From Chrysomallon squamiferum (lineage: Eukaryota > Animalia > Mollusca): a stretch of 64,000 bases of DNA. Location of the stretch: positions 3,658,001 through 3,722,000 of the forward strand of contig CM022676.1 in the NCBI GenBank assembly GCA_012295275.1, in the 5' to 3' direction. Made by a program: the position numbers and the translations under genes. How positions within the stretch are numbered: the stretch's first letter is position 1; every line of letters starts with the position of its first letter. Shown here piece after piece: positions 43,232 to 57,017 of this stretch. The notes below the pieces were generated by a model that was not told the origin of the DNA, searched no databases, and saw only the letters and a list, made by a program, of their open reading frames with translations.

Positions 43232-44914
43232 TTAAACACTTACGATCAACAAGTATTACGGGAATAAAAACTGCTTTTCTTTCTTAGCTGTCAGCTTCTT
43301 AAATGACGTCATTTAATTAATTACGTCACATAATGGAAATTCTGACGAACGTCGTTCTGTTGTGCCAAGCTAAATTTAGTTTATGACTGGCAGCATATTA
43401 CAGTGTGTAGTGCAAATTTTGATTTCGCTTCTTTTTTTTTTTTTTTTTGCAATCTTGATCGTTAAGGTTCGGTTATGAATACCAATAACTCAGAAATTCA
43501 TTTGTGTTTTTTTTTGTTTTGTCTTCTTTTTCTTATTTCTCATATTATCATCATCATCATCATCATCATCATTATTATTATTATTATTATTACTAGGAGT
43601 AGTAGTAGTAGTAGTAGTAGTAATAGAAGTAGTAGTAGTGTTTTTATTGCTGTTATTATTTTGATTCTTGTTGTTAATGTTGTTAATATTATTAATATTA
43701 TTTGTATTATTATTGTTGTTTGTTGTTGTTGTTGTTATTATTATTATTATTATTGTTATTATTTTCTTTTTTCATCTTTTCTTCTCCCTCTTTTCTTTAT
43801 TTTTTTTTCTTTCTCTCTCTCTCTTCTTCACTTCTGTATTTGTTGATTTGCCCGTTCTCAATTTCACATAATAAACGACTCTGCAACTTCATTGAAATTC
43901 GCCTAAAGCTCCTTAAACGAACACAAATATTTCGCTGTGAGGCTTCAGTTGCAATATTGTTTCCTATTTTATTCATTTTAATAACACGAGAACCAAGAAA
44001 AAATAAAAAAAAAAAAAAAAAAAGAATTCACCAGCGTCTTTAAGGTGCTGAATTAGTAATATTTTACGTGTCCTCTTCAAATTGTATTGCAACATTTTCA
44101 AACATTCGATCTTGCTAATATTTTGACGTAAGCGATCCTCAAGAGAGAGACACTAAGAGTTCGGAGGGTTGGGCGCTGGCTCTAGACATACTCGGGTTCA
44201 GGATCAGTGCTTTTCAGCAGTCTGTTTCCCGTTCTAACCGGTGTCTCGAAAATGAATTATGAAAACCTGTGCTTTCCTACCGACCTGATTCTGTCTGAGT
44301 GATCGGAAAATTAAAAGCTATCTGAATGGTGATTTAACGAAGGACCAGGTCTGGTTAATGTGTTGGTTAAACCTGTTTCCAGTTCCAACCTGGGTCTCGC
44401 GACGAATACGATTTAAGAGGAGTGGGGTGTAGTTTAGTGTGTTTGTAGATAACTGCTTCCCAGAAAAACTGTCATATAGTTTTTTTTCAGTTACAGTTGT
44501 AAAGAGTACGAGAGGTTGAATATGTGTGTATGTGTGTGAGCGTGTGTGTGTGTGTCTGTGAGTGTGTATGTGTGTTTGTATGTGTGAGTCTGTGTATGTG
44601 AGAAAGATAAAGAAAGAAAGACAGATAGATAGACAGATAAAATACACAGATAGAGAGAGAAGAAAGAGAGACAGAGCGAAAGAGATAGAGAAAGAGAGAC
44701 AGACAGGTAGATGGATAGTCAAAAGTTGAGAAAAGGAAACAGATGGGTGGGGGGGCGGAGGAGGGGCAGCTTGTATCATTTCCAGTATACGTCTTTCAAG
44801 TTTATTAAAAGCAGGAGCAAAACCATTGTAATATCTTATACCGTCTTATGATAATTATCATTAATTTTAAACAATCTGATTTGTGGCCTGTCATTTGTTT
44901 TTTCATTTTCTTTT

Positions 44915-44979
<65 letters not shown>

Positions 44980-45811
44980 TTTATTATGTTTATTATTATT
45001 ATTATTATTTTATTATGTTTATTATGTTTACAGCTGGCTAATACTGCAAGAAAACTAAGCTGAATGAATTGGTATTTCTCTAAATTAATACGTTCCTAAA
45101 ATTGTAGTTTTATCTGGCACGCAGTTATACTCACTATCAATAGCTGTGGACAAATTCATTTGTTAAGAATCTTATTTTGCTCTTTAATTAGCGTCCAGAA
45201 ACCGTTGTTATATCTACAAAAGGCTTAGAAAATTTTCCCTTCTTTCTGACTTCATAATTCTCAACAGTATTAGTGAACCTTGTGGACTTCTACGATGATC
45301 ATGAAAAGTTTTGGATGAATGTATTAATTACTTGAATCCATTTTCTGTTTTAATTGTCATCAACCGGAGTTGTTAGATATTCTCAAAAATTACAGAACAG
45401 AGCTGCCATTTTGAGACTTTGACACTGGTTAAATTACGAGCGGATATAACTGTAATGCGTACGTTAATTATCAATAGTTTGAGGTCATTTTATTTATTAC
45501 GTAAACCTGTTTCTATAGTAATAGATTGTTACTGAAGGTTACTGAAGGTTTACAATTTTTACTTCTGAGGTTCTGAGTGAATCTCCCATACCTGGATGTT
45601 AATCACCAGCTACTATAATCTTCTTCTCTGTTAAACTCTCACCAAATACAAATTCGTAAATGTCTAAAGGTTACCATAGCTAACGGGTAACAGATGCGTT
45701 GTGGAACAGTTTTTGCCAACGTGTAATATTATGTTAATAAATCATTAAAATAAATTTTTTTTTTTATTTTGTGATCATACAAAATCTTACTCTCCCGACA
45801 AACATACACAA

Positions 45812-45844
<33 letters not shown>

Positions 45845-46292
45845 GAATATAAATATATAAATAAATTAATTAAATAAAAGAAAGAAAGAAAAAAAGAAAA
45901 AGAAAGAAAGAAAGAAAGAAAAGAAAAAAGACTGAAAGGATCAACGTAACCCTGTATTACAAATGTCTTATAGGTCACGTGTCATGAAATGAAATTTCAC
46001 GATGACATATTTGTTGTCTCTGTTTTAATCTCTGTTGTTTTACGCTGATTACGAAACTTCTGTTCTCTCCACTTACTGAAACTACGCACGCATCATCAAC
46101 ATTTCGTGTTTCGTTTTTTCTTTGAAACCTTCTGAGAATTATCTCTGACAGCAGAAAGCTGGGCTCGAATAAAAAGTGTGGTTGTTTGTCATTAAAATAA
46201 TAAATCTTTAGGCTAATCTTGTTTTGTCCTTTCATCTTTTTAATTGTATCTTTTCGTATTTTTCTTATCTCTCTCTTTTTATTTTTATTTTT

Positions 46293-46335
<43 letters not shown>

Positions 46336-46424
46336 TTTCTTAATCTATCGATCTTTTCGTTCTATCCTTTTAGTTTCCATTTTAACCATGTTTTCTAATC
46401 TCTGTTCTTACTTCGATTTTGTAT

Positions 46425-46455
<31 letters not shown>

Positions 46456-47227
46456 TTGATTGATTGATTGATTGATTTTGTTGTGGTTGTTGTTTTTGTT
46501 TGTTTGTTTATTTATATATTGGTTATTTATTTATTTTGTTGTTGTTTTGCTTCTGTTTGTTTATTTATATATTGATTATTTATTTATTTGTTTACTTACT
46601 TATTTTTCTTATTTACTTGTTTGTTTGTTTATTATTTATTTATTTATTTTTTATTTATTTATTTAATTCTTTCTTAATGACTCTCTCTTTCTTTCTTTCT
46701 TTTGTTCTTTTGTTTTTCTCTTCATTTTCCGTTCCTTTTTATCTCGTTTTTATTTTTTTTACTTTCATTTTTTTTTCTTTACCTCGTAAATTATCTTTCT
46801 TTTCTGTTTACATGCTACTAAACTAAAGACAAAGGTAATCATACTAACATTAATACTTTCTTTATCTTTTTATCAAAATCTCATTAATTCTTATTTATAT
46901 CTACACTGTAGATGGAGGGTTTTTTTTATTGATCAGTATTTGTATACTTTGCATGATCATTATCCTTTCGATAAACTAGGATAATTACAAAATAAATATA
47001 AAAGTAAGTAATTTTATGGTTGCAGTATTGTCAAGAAGATATTATTTAAGCAATATAAACAGAAAGTAACGTATGTTTTATTCGAATATTTTAAAACTGG
47101 AAATAGATTTACAAGCTGGGCATAAAAAGTAAAAACATAAAAGTAACCACAAAAATTAAAAAAAGAGAAAAAAAAAAAAAAAAAAAGATGAAAAAGAAGA
47201 AAAAGGAAGAAGGTAATGTTTAAAATA

Positions 47228-47259
<32 letters not shown>

Positions 47260-48072
47260 TAAAATATTCTTCCTCTCAACGAACATTTCTGACGTAAAAC
47301 GGAATACGTAATAATCAACAGACGTAAAGTAATGACGTAACAAAAATAAAAATGTCGTAATGACTGCGTCCAGGTTTTCTATATTTAGATCTAATAAAAT
47401 AAAATATCTCGAAAAATGTTACGTACTAAGATTCCACATTTCATTTTAACAGAAACCATTTATCATAATTATGTCAGCTTATAACAGATACACATATATA
47501 TTGCAGCTTCGTTTCTGTAAATGTCTAACAAATCTATAGTCCTAATGAAAGGAAGATACTGTTTTTATATTATTCACTTTTTCTAGTTATATGACTTTCT
47601 GGCATTAGCCTAAATGTCCTAAACATCTGCGTTTTGTTGACAATTGATTATTTGTTAATGTTTTCAATTTTATGTTCAGTTGTAAAATGTTCTACCTCTG
47701 AGTAAAAGACAGTACTGAAATATGCAGACAGAAAGGTAAAGATATAGAAAATAAAAACAAGCACAGAGAAAAATGCAGAAATACAGAGAGAGAAAATAAA
47801 GAAATATAGAGAGTGATATCTATGTAGACGATATAGATATAGATATATATATATATATAGATAAACAGATGCATACATAAATAGAGAGACAGACAGACAG
47901 ATACATACATAAATAGAGAGACAGACAGACAGAGAAGTAAAGAGATAGGTAGGTAGGTAGATTGAAAATTAAACAAATGAAAACATAGATAGACAAAAAA
48001 AGAGAGAGAGAGATATATAATAGGCAGGACTGTAGCTAGTTTGGTTGTTAAATAGATACACAGACAAGGGTT

Positions 48073-48119
<47 letters not shown>

Positions 48120-49076
48120 AAAGCTGAATTCAGAATAATGTATATTTGTTCATGCGTATACATCCTTCTACAAGTGTTATTAATTAGGCTACATGCCTTG
48201 CTTATTTGTGCGGAAGAATACGCGCATTTGCTAAACAGTGTTATATGAGAATTTAGAACACTTGTGACATATTGGTTAATACATCATAACATCTAATGCA
48301 ATAACATTACTGACATAATATCCTCTAAAAAATTATTCCATTTCTCCATGTAAAAAGAAAAAAAAAGAGAAAAAGAAAAAAAAAAATCCTAAAAAAAAAA
48401 TAGATTTAAGAAAACGAATGTTAATATGACACCAGAATTTTCTCAGGATAATAACCACATTCTAATAATAAAAGGCGAAGAAGAAGCAGCAGCTCTGAAG
48501 CCCTTGGTACGCGGAGACTGAGTATGCGGTTTAGTCCAATACTGACGCCATCGATCTGTTACCGCTAATAGCCAAATTCCGAATATATTGACGGCTTTCG
48601 CAAAGCATAATATCAGTTAATAGGAAATCTTGTTTGTTGATCAACAGTCTTTCTTTGGCACGGTTCTCATTCTCTCAACGCACAAAAGGGCCTAATTATT
48701 AATGATATGGAGCAGGTAATGTCCTATAGAGAGACCGTATGGCGAAAACTTAATTACCAGTGGTTAAAGATTTTCGTTTGATTTTATACTTGTTCACTTG
48801 TTGCGTGTAAACAGATTTAACCGCAGTAGCAGTAGGGGTAGTAATATAATGGTAATGGTCGCGGCAGTGGTAATAGTATAGCTTCTTTAAGAGCTTGTAG
48901 TTAGTAGTTGCAGTGGTGGTGGTTGTAGTATTAGTACTGTTTGTTGTAGTAGTAGTATAACTAGTAGGAATAGTAGTAATAGTAGTTGTTGTGGTAATAG
49001 TAATATTAGTGGTAATAATAGTGATAGTGGTAGCAGTGGTTATAGTATAGTGCTGTTTGTTGCTCAGCAGCAAAAA

Positions 49077-49114
<38 letters not shown>

Positions 49115-49546
49115 ATAGCAGAAACAGTGGCAGTAGTAGCTGTTGAGTAGTAGTAGCAATGCTAAAATGTAGTAGTAGTATTTTTTACTTTTAGTTTTGA
49201 TTATTATTATTATTATTAGTGGTTGTAGTAGTCATAGTAACAGGGTAGTGATAGTAATCGTATTATTATTAGTAGTAGTAGTAATAATAATAGCACTGTT
49301 TAGTTATATTAGTAGTACTGATTGTGGTAGTAGTAGCAGTAGTAGTAGATGTTAGTGGTAGTATTTGTTGATAGTGGTGTTGTAATATTAATATTATAAG
49401 GAGATTTTCTTTCTCAAATGGAATTATCAAAATAAACGTCTTTTTGATAAAATTTTCAGAAACACTCCAGTAATATATAAGCAATAATATCTTAGATTTT
49501 AAATAATGTTAAAGTGATCCTTCTTCTTCTTCTTCTTCTTCTTCTA

Positions 49547-49606
<60 letters not shown>

Positions 49607-50540
49607 TCTGTTTTCATATTCTTCTAATTTTCTCACTTCTCTTAAAAAATATTTCTTCAGTTTACAACAGAAAAAACTAAGAAAAAATGCCAAAATCAGA
49701 ACCAAGATGACAATTTTACAACAGAAATTAATCTCAAAACTCGATTTAAAGAAATGAAAAAAAAAAAAAAAAAAACCCAAAAATCCTGTTCTCTGTACGA
49801 CAGAAACAAATATATTCCCGTAAATCTGAAGGATATTAGAAATATAAAAAAAAAGAAAAAAAAAAAAAAATCGAAAAAAAAATGAAACTAAAAAAAAAAA
49901 AAATGGTGGGCGATCGATTTCACTGACAAGCTAATGTGTCTTACGGTATTGGATTAAATTTTCCGTTTGAAATGTTAGATGAACGGCCATAACGGTTAAC
50001 GTGTGTTTCTGTGATTAAATTCCGCCAATCTGTTTGCGTCTCCGCAGTGGTTCTTTCAACCGTGCATCATTCTCAGTCGAAAATGAGATAAATATATTAT
50101 GATAATGAAATAACTGACTTTAGTAGTAGTTGCTGTCGTTATTTGCAGTGACGTACTCTATTTATTTGGTTTTTTTTTTTTTAAATTGTATGTTTTCCGT
50201 CCTGTTTTATACGATTTTTGTTTTCCTTCACGTACGTACGTATATATGTACGCTCGCACACGCACGCAGACACACACACAAAAACACGCACGCAGACACA
50301 CACACACACACATATATATTTACCTTATTTTTTCTCAGTGCTTAACGTAAATTTAAATGAATAAATAAATAAATTAATGATTTGATAATAGTAATAATAA
50401 TTAAAATGAATAAATTTATTAATTAAATATTTGTTGAAATGGCCAACAAAACAAGAAGTTCTTTGTAAATAAAGAGAAAATATATTTAAAAAAAATAATA
50501 ATAATAATAAAAAAAAAATAATAATAATAATAATTATATT

Positions 50541-50599
<59 letters not shown>

Positions 50600-53500
50600 C
50601 AACAACAACAACAACAACAACAAAAATACGAAAGAAACAAGCGAAAAAGATTCGAAAAAAATAAAAATAAAAATAAAAAAAGAATCCCAAAACCTCTAAA
50701 AAACAACACCCCACCACAAAATCAATAAAAACAGTAAAAATCAAACAAACAAACAAACGAACAAACGACAGCTCCTCTTCAAACTTAAACAAACACACGT
50801 CTGCTGGTTAACGTCTGTAAGCAAAAATAACGTGACGTTTATTCCTTCGCAAAACAAAAAAAAACAAAAAAAAAGAAGCCTGGGTCAGTTCACCCTCGCG
50901 TTCTGGTCCAGCCTTGACCACCTACCAACCTCCCCGTCCTCAGTCTGTCGACCAGTTAAAACTCCAGCCAGGTGGCGCCCTACTTTTTTCGCAACTAATT
51001 GAGTTATCGTTCTTTACCCCGGGACTGGGTCTTTCTCGTTCTCCGCGACAACTTTTCTTCCTAATTGGCCAGAATCGGAAACCAACGCGTTCTCGAGTCA
51101 CCACGACAGGGAAATGGCAAATTGCATTAGCTCGCCTGGTTTTCAGAAAGTTGTTAACAAGTATGCCTGCCATGGGAACACGTTTTGATTGAAACCAGGG
51201 CCTGATGAGATCGCTGGTAAATTTCCTTCTTGTTGCTGCGTAAGAATATAGAGTTGATCGGTATAGAATTTTTTTTTATATGTACAGCGACTTTGAAGTG
51301 ACAGTAAATTACAGAGCAGTTATTGTGAAACGTTACGTAAATGTAAGCGATGCTGTGATTTTTGTAGTCAGTTTTAAGAGTTCTAGGTATCTGGGATCGC
51401 ATCCCCTGTACCAGCTGTAGAACTAGTTATAACTACAAATACTACTGCTGCAACTACTATTATTACGACTAGTACTACTACTACTACTACAACTGTTACA
51501 ACTAAACACCTACAATACAACTGCTGCGTCTGCTACAGCTACCACAGCCGATAGTACGATCGCCTTTATTCTATTCTGTTAAAAAAAAAAAAAAAAAAAT
51601 CAATTTTCTAACATAACTATTTTTCACTCCCCTGATTTCATAAATAATAATTTCCTCTCTTTTTTTTTTTTTTTTTTTTTTTTCTTCTTTCTTTTTTTCT
51701 TTATATTATTAGATTTATCCATACTTCTCACGGACAATGACAAGGCTTTTTAACTCCGAGTAAACGAGATAATGATTCCGATCACGTGATCACCGCTTTG
51801 TACGTCTGCGCTCATTACGTAATAATGGCTGCCATTTTCTAACGCGATTTTTGGCTTCTGTGTTATTGATATCATTACGCAACGAGCACGGCTATTTTTC
51901 AGGCTTAGTCATTTAAAGACGATACTCTTTCTCTCTCTCTCTCAATTTTTATTTTTATTATTTTTTTGTATAAGCCAGGGAAAATGGCGAATGCGTCAGT
52001 GTAATACATCATCGTGTTAACGATCATAACCTATTTCCGATCTTTGTAAACGTTGTCGTAGAGTGTTATTGAGTCGTGCAACACGGGACCCTGAAATGAC
52101 GTTGACACCGACGTCGCTGTGTTGTGAATAATTCTCCTTTTATGCTCACTGGAGTTTTGGGGGGGTTTTTTGTTGTTTTTTTTCTTCTCTTCAAGACATT
52201 AATCTATCAACTGTTTCTTCAAGTGTCATTATCAAATAACTTGTGTTTTAAAATAATGTCCGCGGCAGTATTACTAACAAGTTGAAGGATGATTGAATGA
52301 ATGAATGAAAGAAAGAAAGAAGTAAAGGGAATGAAAGTAAGAAAGAAATCAGAAAAGAAAGAAAGAGCTGGGAATGAAAAAGGAAAAAGAGGGGAAAAAA
52401 ATGAAAGAAAATTGAAGTGAAGCATAAACTAAAAGAGAATAAGAATGAAAGATTAAATTTGAATGATTGAAAAGGAATTATAATGAGATGGAGAATTAAA
52501 GAAAAAAAAATAGTGAAAGAAAAATAAAGAGAGAAAATGAAAGAAGAAATGAGAAGCAAAAATTGGTAGTAAGGAAGCAAAGAAGGTCAGAAAGTAACCA
52601 AGAAAAAAGCCAAAAAAAAAAAAAAAATTGAGAGATGGAAGAAATAAAAGGAAAGAAAAACAGAAAATGAAAAAAAAAAAAAAAAAAAAAAAAAACGAAA
52701 AAGTAAACGAAATGGTAAAAAAAAAAAAAAAAAACGAAAAAATGATTAACGGAAAAAAAAAAAAATAATAATAATAATAATATATATATTAAATTAAAAT
52801 AAATAAATAAATTAATTAAATAAATAAAATTACAAGAACACGAACATGTTTTCCATCTTTAATTGATTTCAACAAAACAAACACTTGTTTAACAATCAAA
52901 TACAAAACGTAAACAAACGAAATAATCCTCCACCAGCGAACGAACGAAAGAAAAAAAGAAAAACAGACAAGAGAGGACAGTCTGAAAATGAATCAATTAA
53001 TTAATTAACTAATGAACAGAAAGAAAAAATTAATCGAAAAGAAAAAAAAAAAAGAAGAAAGAAACACATTTTTGTTAAAGGTCATGTGTGTGTGTGTGTG
53101 TGTGCGTGCGTTTGTATAGCATTAGACTGACATTTAATAATAAATTATGAATTATTTATTTGATAGAAGTAGTATGTTATTTAATTTAAAAATTATGTAT
53201 GACATCGTAATGGTGTGTTATTTAATTATAATTTTTGAATTGTATAATGACATTAGTATCTTATTAATTAAATCTGTTATTACTACTACTACTTCTGCTA
53301 CTACTACTTGGCCTACTACTACTGCTGCTACTACTACTACTACTAGTAGTAATAGCAGTAGTAATAGTAGCAGTAGTAGTAGTAGTACTATTATCACTAT
53401 TACTACAGTCACTCTTGTTATTATTATAATCGTTATCAAATGAAAAGCCAAAAAACACATTTTATTTCAAATCGGCAAACGTTTCTATTCACAACCTCAC

Positions 53501-54783
53501 ATTTCTCCAGCCGGGTTTCGAACCCCGGTTCTTAACCGCAAAAAAAAAGCCCCAAAAGTCGGTGAGTGTCACAAATGGGCGGTAACGTGTACACACGAAA
53601 CAGTGCAACGTCGAATTGAGTGACAGCGTCGTGCACTGGCACTTTACTAGATTAAGTTAACTGCGACGACTGCGAAACATAGATGACGAAATCGAAATAT
53701 AAAAATAGAACATTTTTTTTTTTTTTTTTTTTTTTAAATAAATAAATCTATGTTAAAAACAAAAGGTCTCTATAGATGTATATAAAAGCTTCCACACCGG
53801 TTATACCCCGTTAGATTGTTTAAAAAAAAGGTGTGCGGTTAGCTGTTTTCGAAATGTCAGGCTCTATTCTCCTGATTGAAGAGACCACTTTAAAGTATGT
53901 ATAACCGTTGCCAGCGAAAACGTTCCGACTCTGGCTGCGATGGTGGTAGCGTTATACGGGCGATAAAAAATCGATATTAGTTGAAGCTGCCCTTCGTTCT
54001 TATTTCATTACCTTCATTCTGGTGATATTGCAGGAATTCGAAGAAGGAGAAGGAGAAGAAGAAGAAGAAGAAAAGACGAAGAGACAACTCGTCATTCGAA
54101 ATCTATACACGTCATCGCAGTCAGCACCGACTTCAACCGAGCCGGCGGAGTACAGTCAGTCAGTCAGCGTTCGAGGAACAGCGTTTTAGTCAGTCGCGTT
54201 TTTCTTTCTTTTTGTTTTGTTTTGTTGTTAACACGGGCAAGAATTGTGGCAGTCCTCTTCGCTTTGGAAAGACGTTTTCGACGATAATGGTACGCGACGT
54301 CAGTCGTTTGCTTGCCGGCGCTATGAAACCCGTTGTCGGGCGTCAGGATGTGAACAAAGTTTGCGTGTCTTGTTCTCACAACAGCAAGAGGATGGTGGTG
54401 CTCCACGTAGGACGGGAATTTAAAGAAGAAAACGAAAGAGATTTCATCTTGTGACAGAATTTCGACGAGAGTTCGTTTTGTTTGTTTGGTGTTTTTTTTT
54501 TTTCTTTTTTTTCTTTTTGTTTCTAGTTTAAAAAAATATATATAAAACTCTTGGATTTAACTGAAACATATGTTGTTACCAAAAAAGAAAATATTTTAAA
54601 AAAAAGAAAATATTGAATGTGTGTGTTTTATTCAGATATGTTGAAAGATTTCAAATACGAGTTATTCGGGCGCAGTTAACTGAAACCTCCCGTTTCTGGA
54701 TGATGGAGTATTCGAAGAATCAGTGATTCGTGTTTTTTTTGGTTTTTTTTTAAACCTGTCTGTGATGATTTCGGAATAAAAAA

Positions 54784-54836
54784 TTTCTTCTCTCCATTTG
54801 CTACGGTTTCAGGGTAGTAGTAGTAGGAGTTCGGTT
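54784..54836 (+). other. Probable 3' splice acceptor (AG at 54811-54812) and short 5'UTR part of the exon (54813-54836)
   Basis: Pyrimidine-rich TTTCTTCTCTCCATTTGCTACGGTTTCAG|G 24 nt upstream of the ATG; implies an upstream non-coding exon. Confidence 0.55.
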
Positions 54837-55406
54837 ATGGCTGACAAACTTCTTGCACATCTCCGATCCCCCGCCTCCTTCAGGAGCAGCGGGAAGGGGA
54901 CTTTCATAGGAGGGTTCAGAAACGACCCAGAGACTTCTAGAATCCCCTCCAGCCCCAGGTGGGTCCCGACGACGTTTCCCAGCGGTCTGAACCCCGCCAA
55001 CGACACCGCGGTCAGGTCGGCCCACAACTACTCCGTGCAACCCTCGGACGAGCACGAAGTGACCACGGCCGAATCCCTGATGACCACCGTGGACTTCTTC
55101 GAGCAGTTCTCCATGGGCGTGTCCTTCCCGTGGGACTCGTCCCCGTGCGACATCAACGACACCCTGTGCGAGTTCAACGTGTCGACGGGCGCGGATTCGT
55201 CGTCTGGGACGACGCTGGAGAACCGGTACTGGGCGACGATTCTGATCATCTTTCCGCTCTTCACGGTGTTCGGGAATACCCTCGTGGTGATGAGCGTGGT
55301 CAAGGAGAGGAGCCTGAAAACGGCTACGAACTATTTCATCTGCTCCTTGGCCGTCGCGGACATCATGGTCGCCATCGTCGTGATGCCGTTTGCTGTTTAC
55401 CTGGAG
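54837..55406 (+). CDS. DRD2: D2-like dopamine receptor (invertebrate Dop2R / DRD2-like, class A aminergic GPCR), first coding exon, 190 codons (N-terminus, TM1, ICL1, TM2); gene probably continues beyond the window
   Basis: ATG at 54837 (GTTATGG). Translation ends ...ENRYWATILIIFPLFTVFGNTLVVMSVVKERSLKTATNYFICSLAVADIMVAIVVMPFAVYLE, with GN (N1.50), ERxLxTxTNYFIxSLAxAD (D2.50) and VMP-x-x-VYLE typical of D2-class receptors. Four N-glycosylation sequons (NDT, NYS, NDT, NVS) in the N-terminus. Sharp rise in GC/GC3 relative to flanks. Ends at GAG|GTGAGT. Confidence 0.9.
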
Positions 55407-55571
55407 GTGAGTTCAGTGTTTCGTTTATTTTTTTTTTTATTTTTTTGTTTTTTGTTTTTTTTTTACTTATTTATTCATTCATTCATTGGTTGTTTGTTTG
55501 TTTTCTACATAGTTTGTCCTGTTACTGTGTTTTGAATACGTTATTAGTTTCTTGTTTATTCCTATTTGTAT

Positions 55572-55606
<35 letters not shown>

Positions 55607-55633
55607 TTATTTGTTTGTTTGGGTTTTTTTTCT

Positions 55634-55860
55634 ATATATTTAACCTACTGCTTTGTTTGAATACGTACTTGGTATTCATACTTTTATTTATTTATTTATT
55701 TGTTTATTTATTTATGTTCATATGATTACTTATATGTTTGAATACGTACCTGGTATTCATACTTTTATTTATTTATTTATTTATTTATGATTTGTTTGTT
55801 TGTTTTATATATATTTAACCTATTGTGCTTTGTTTGAATACGTACCTGGTATTCATACTT

Positions 55861-55899
<39 letters not shown>

Positions 55900-56042
55900 T
55901 GTTCATATGATTACTTATATGTTTGAATACGTACCTGGTATTCATACTTTTATTTATTTATTTATTTATTTATTTATATATTTATTTATTTATGTTCATA
56001 TGATTACTTATATGTTTGAATACGTACCTGGTATTCATACTT

Positions 56043-56073
<31 letters not shown>

Positions 56074-56122
56074 TATATATATATATAGTATGTTCATATG
56101 ATTACTTATACGTCTGAATACG
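55634..56122. repeat. Intronic composite minisatellite with a hairpin core and variable (ATTT)n spacers
   Basis: TTTGAATACGTAC(C/T)TGGTATTCATACTTTT at 55656, 55737, 55833, 55922, 56015; partial copies at 55531 and ~56114. Confidence 0.95.
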
Positions 56123-56276
56123 TTTTCCTTTCCTGCCAATCTGTAAATTTATTCGTTTGTTTGTTTGTTCATTTGGTAGTTAATTGGTTCCTTCGATCGA
56201 TTGTCTGTATCTACAAACTGCTTCAGTGATTTACTCATTAAGCGATTTATTTTATTTTATTTTATTTTATTTTATT

Positions 56277-56315
<39 letters not shown>

Positions 56316-56958
56316 TTTCATTATAATGGATTTCTGTACCTTCTAGGACATTCCACAAACCCATGTTAATAACAAAATATATGTCTTTATGTCATCTTCT
56401 GTTTGTTCATGTCTGTACATACATATCTGGGTCTGTGATTCTTACATGTTACAGTTTCTATATAATCACTTACTTTTCATACGAAGTGAAATAATCACAT
56501 CATGTTTTGAATTACGATGACAAAGAACAATGCGTTGACGAATCCATTTAACACGTAACAATTTTGTGTTCATTGTAACGCTTGAACAAATACACTGATC
56601 TCTTGTCCACGAGAAATATACAAAGATATCTTCACACAAACACAACCAAACAAATCTGAATCTTTTCACAAATATTAGAACACAGATAAGATAGTTTTTT
56701 TTAAAGTTTTTTTAATATCATATAGATTTAAAAGCAAATTAGGTGTCGATTTTAACCCAAATTTGAAGAAATTTTAATATATTGATATAAATCAGAATAG
56801 TTTAATATATATATATATATATATTGTATAAGATAATAGGTACAGTCTTGAAGTCAAGTTTTTGAAGGAAATTAGATGTTAAGTAAAAAAAAACATTTGC
56901 TGCATACTTCATGTTGGTTATTATACATATAAGTTTTAACGTATCATGCAAGACACGC

Positions 56959-57017
<59 letters not shown>

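Noticed and set aside
50914-51192. 92-aa ORF in a GC-richer block (similarly 34551-34790, 41120-41317)
   Set aside because: No recognisable homology and no clear codon bias; more likely non-coding elements
55407-55535. Read-through of the receptor ORF (VSSVFRLFFFL...)
   Set aside because: Lies after a consensus donor and translates low-complexity T tracts, so it is intronic
54959-55660. 233-aa alternative-frame ORF and antisense ORFs over the receptor exon
   Set aside because: By-product of GC-rich codon usage; runs into intronic T-rich repeat
55656-56040. CRISPR array
   Set aside because: Spacers are (ATTT)n and repeated linkers rather than unique sequence; no cas genes; eukaryotic intron
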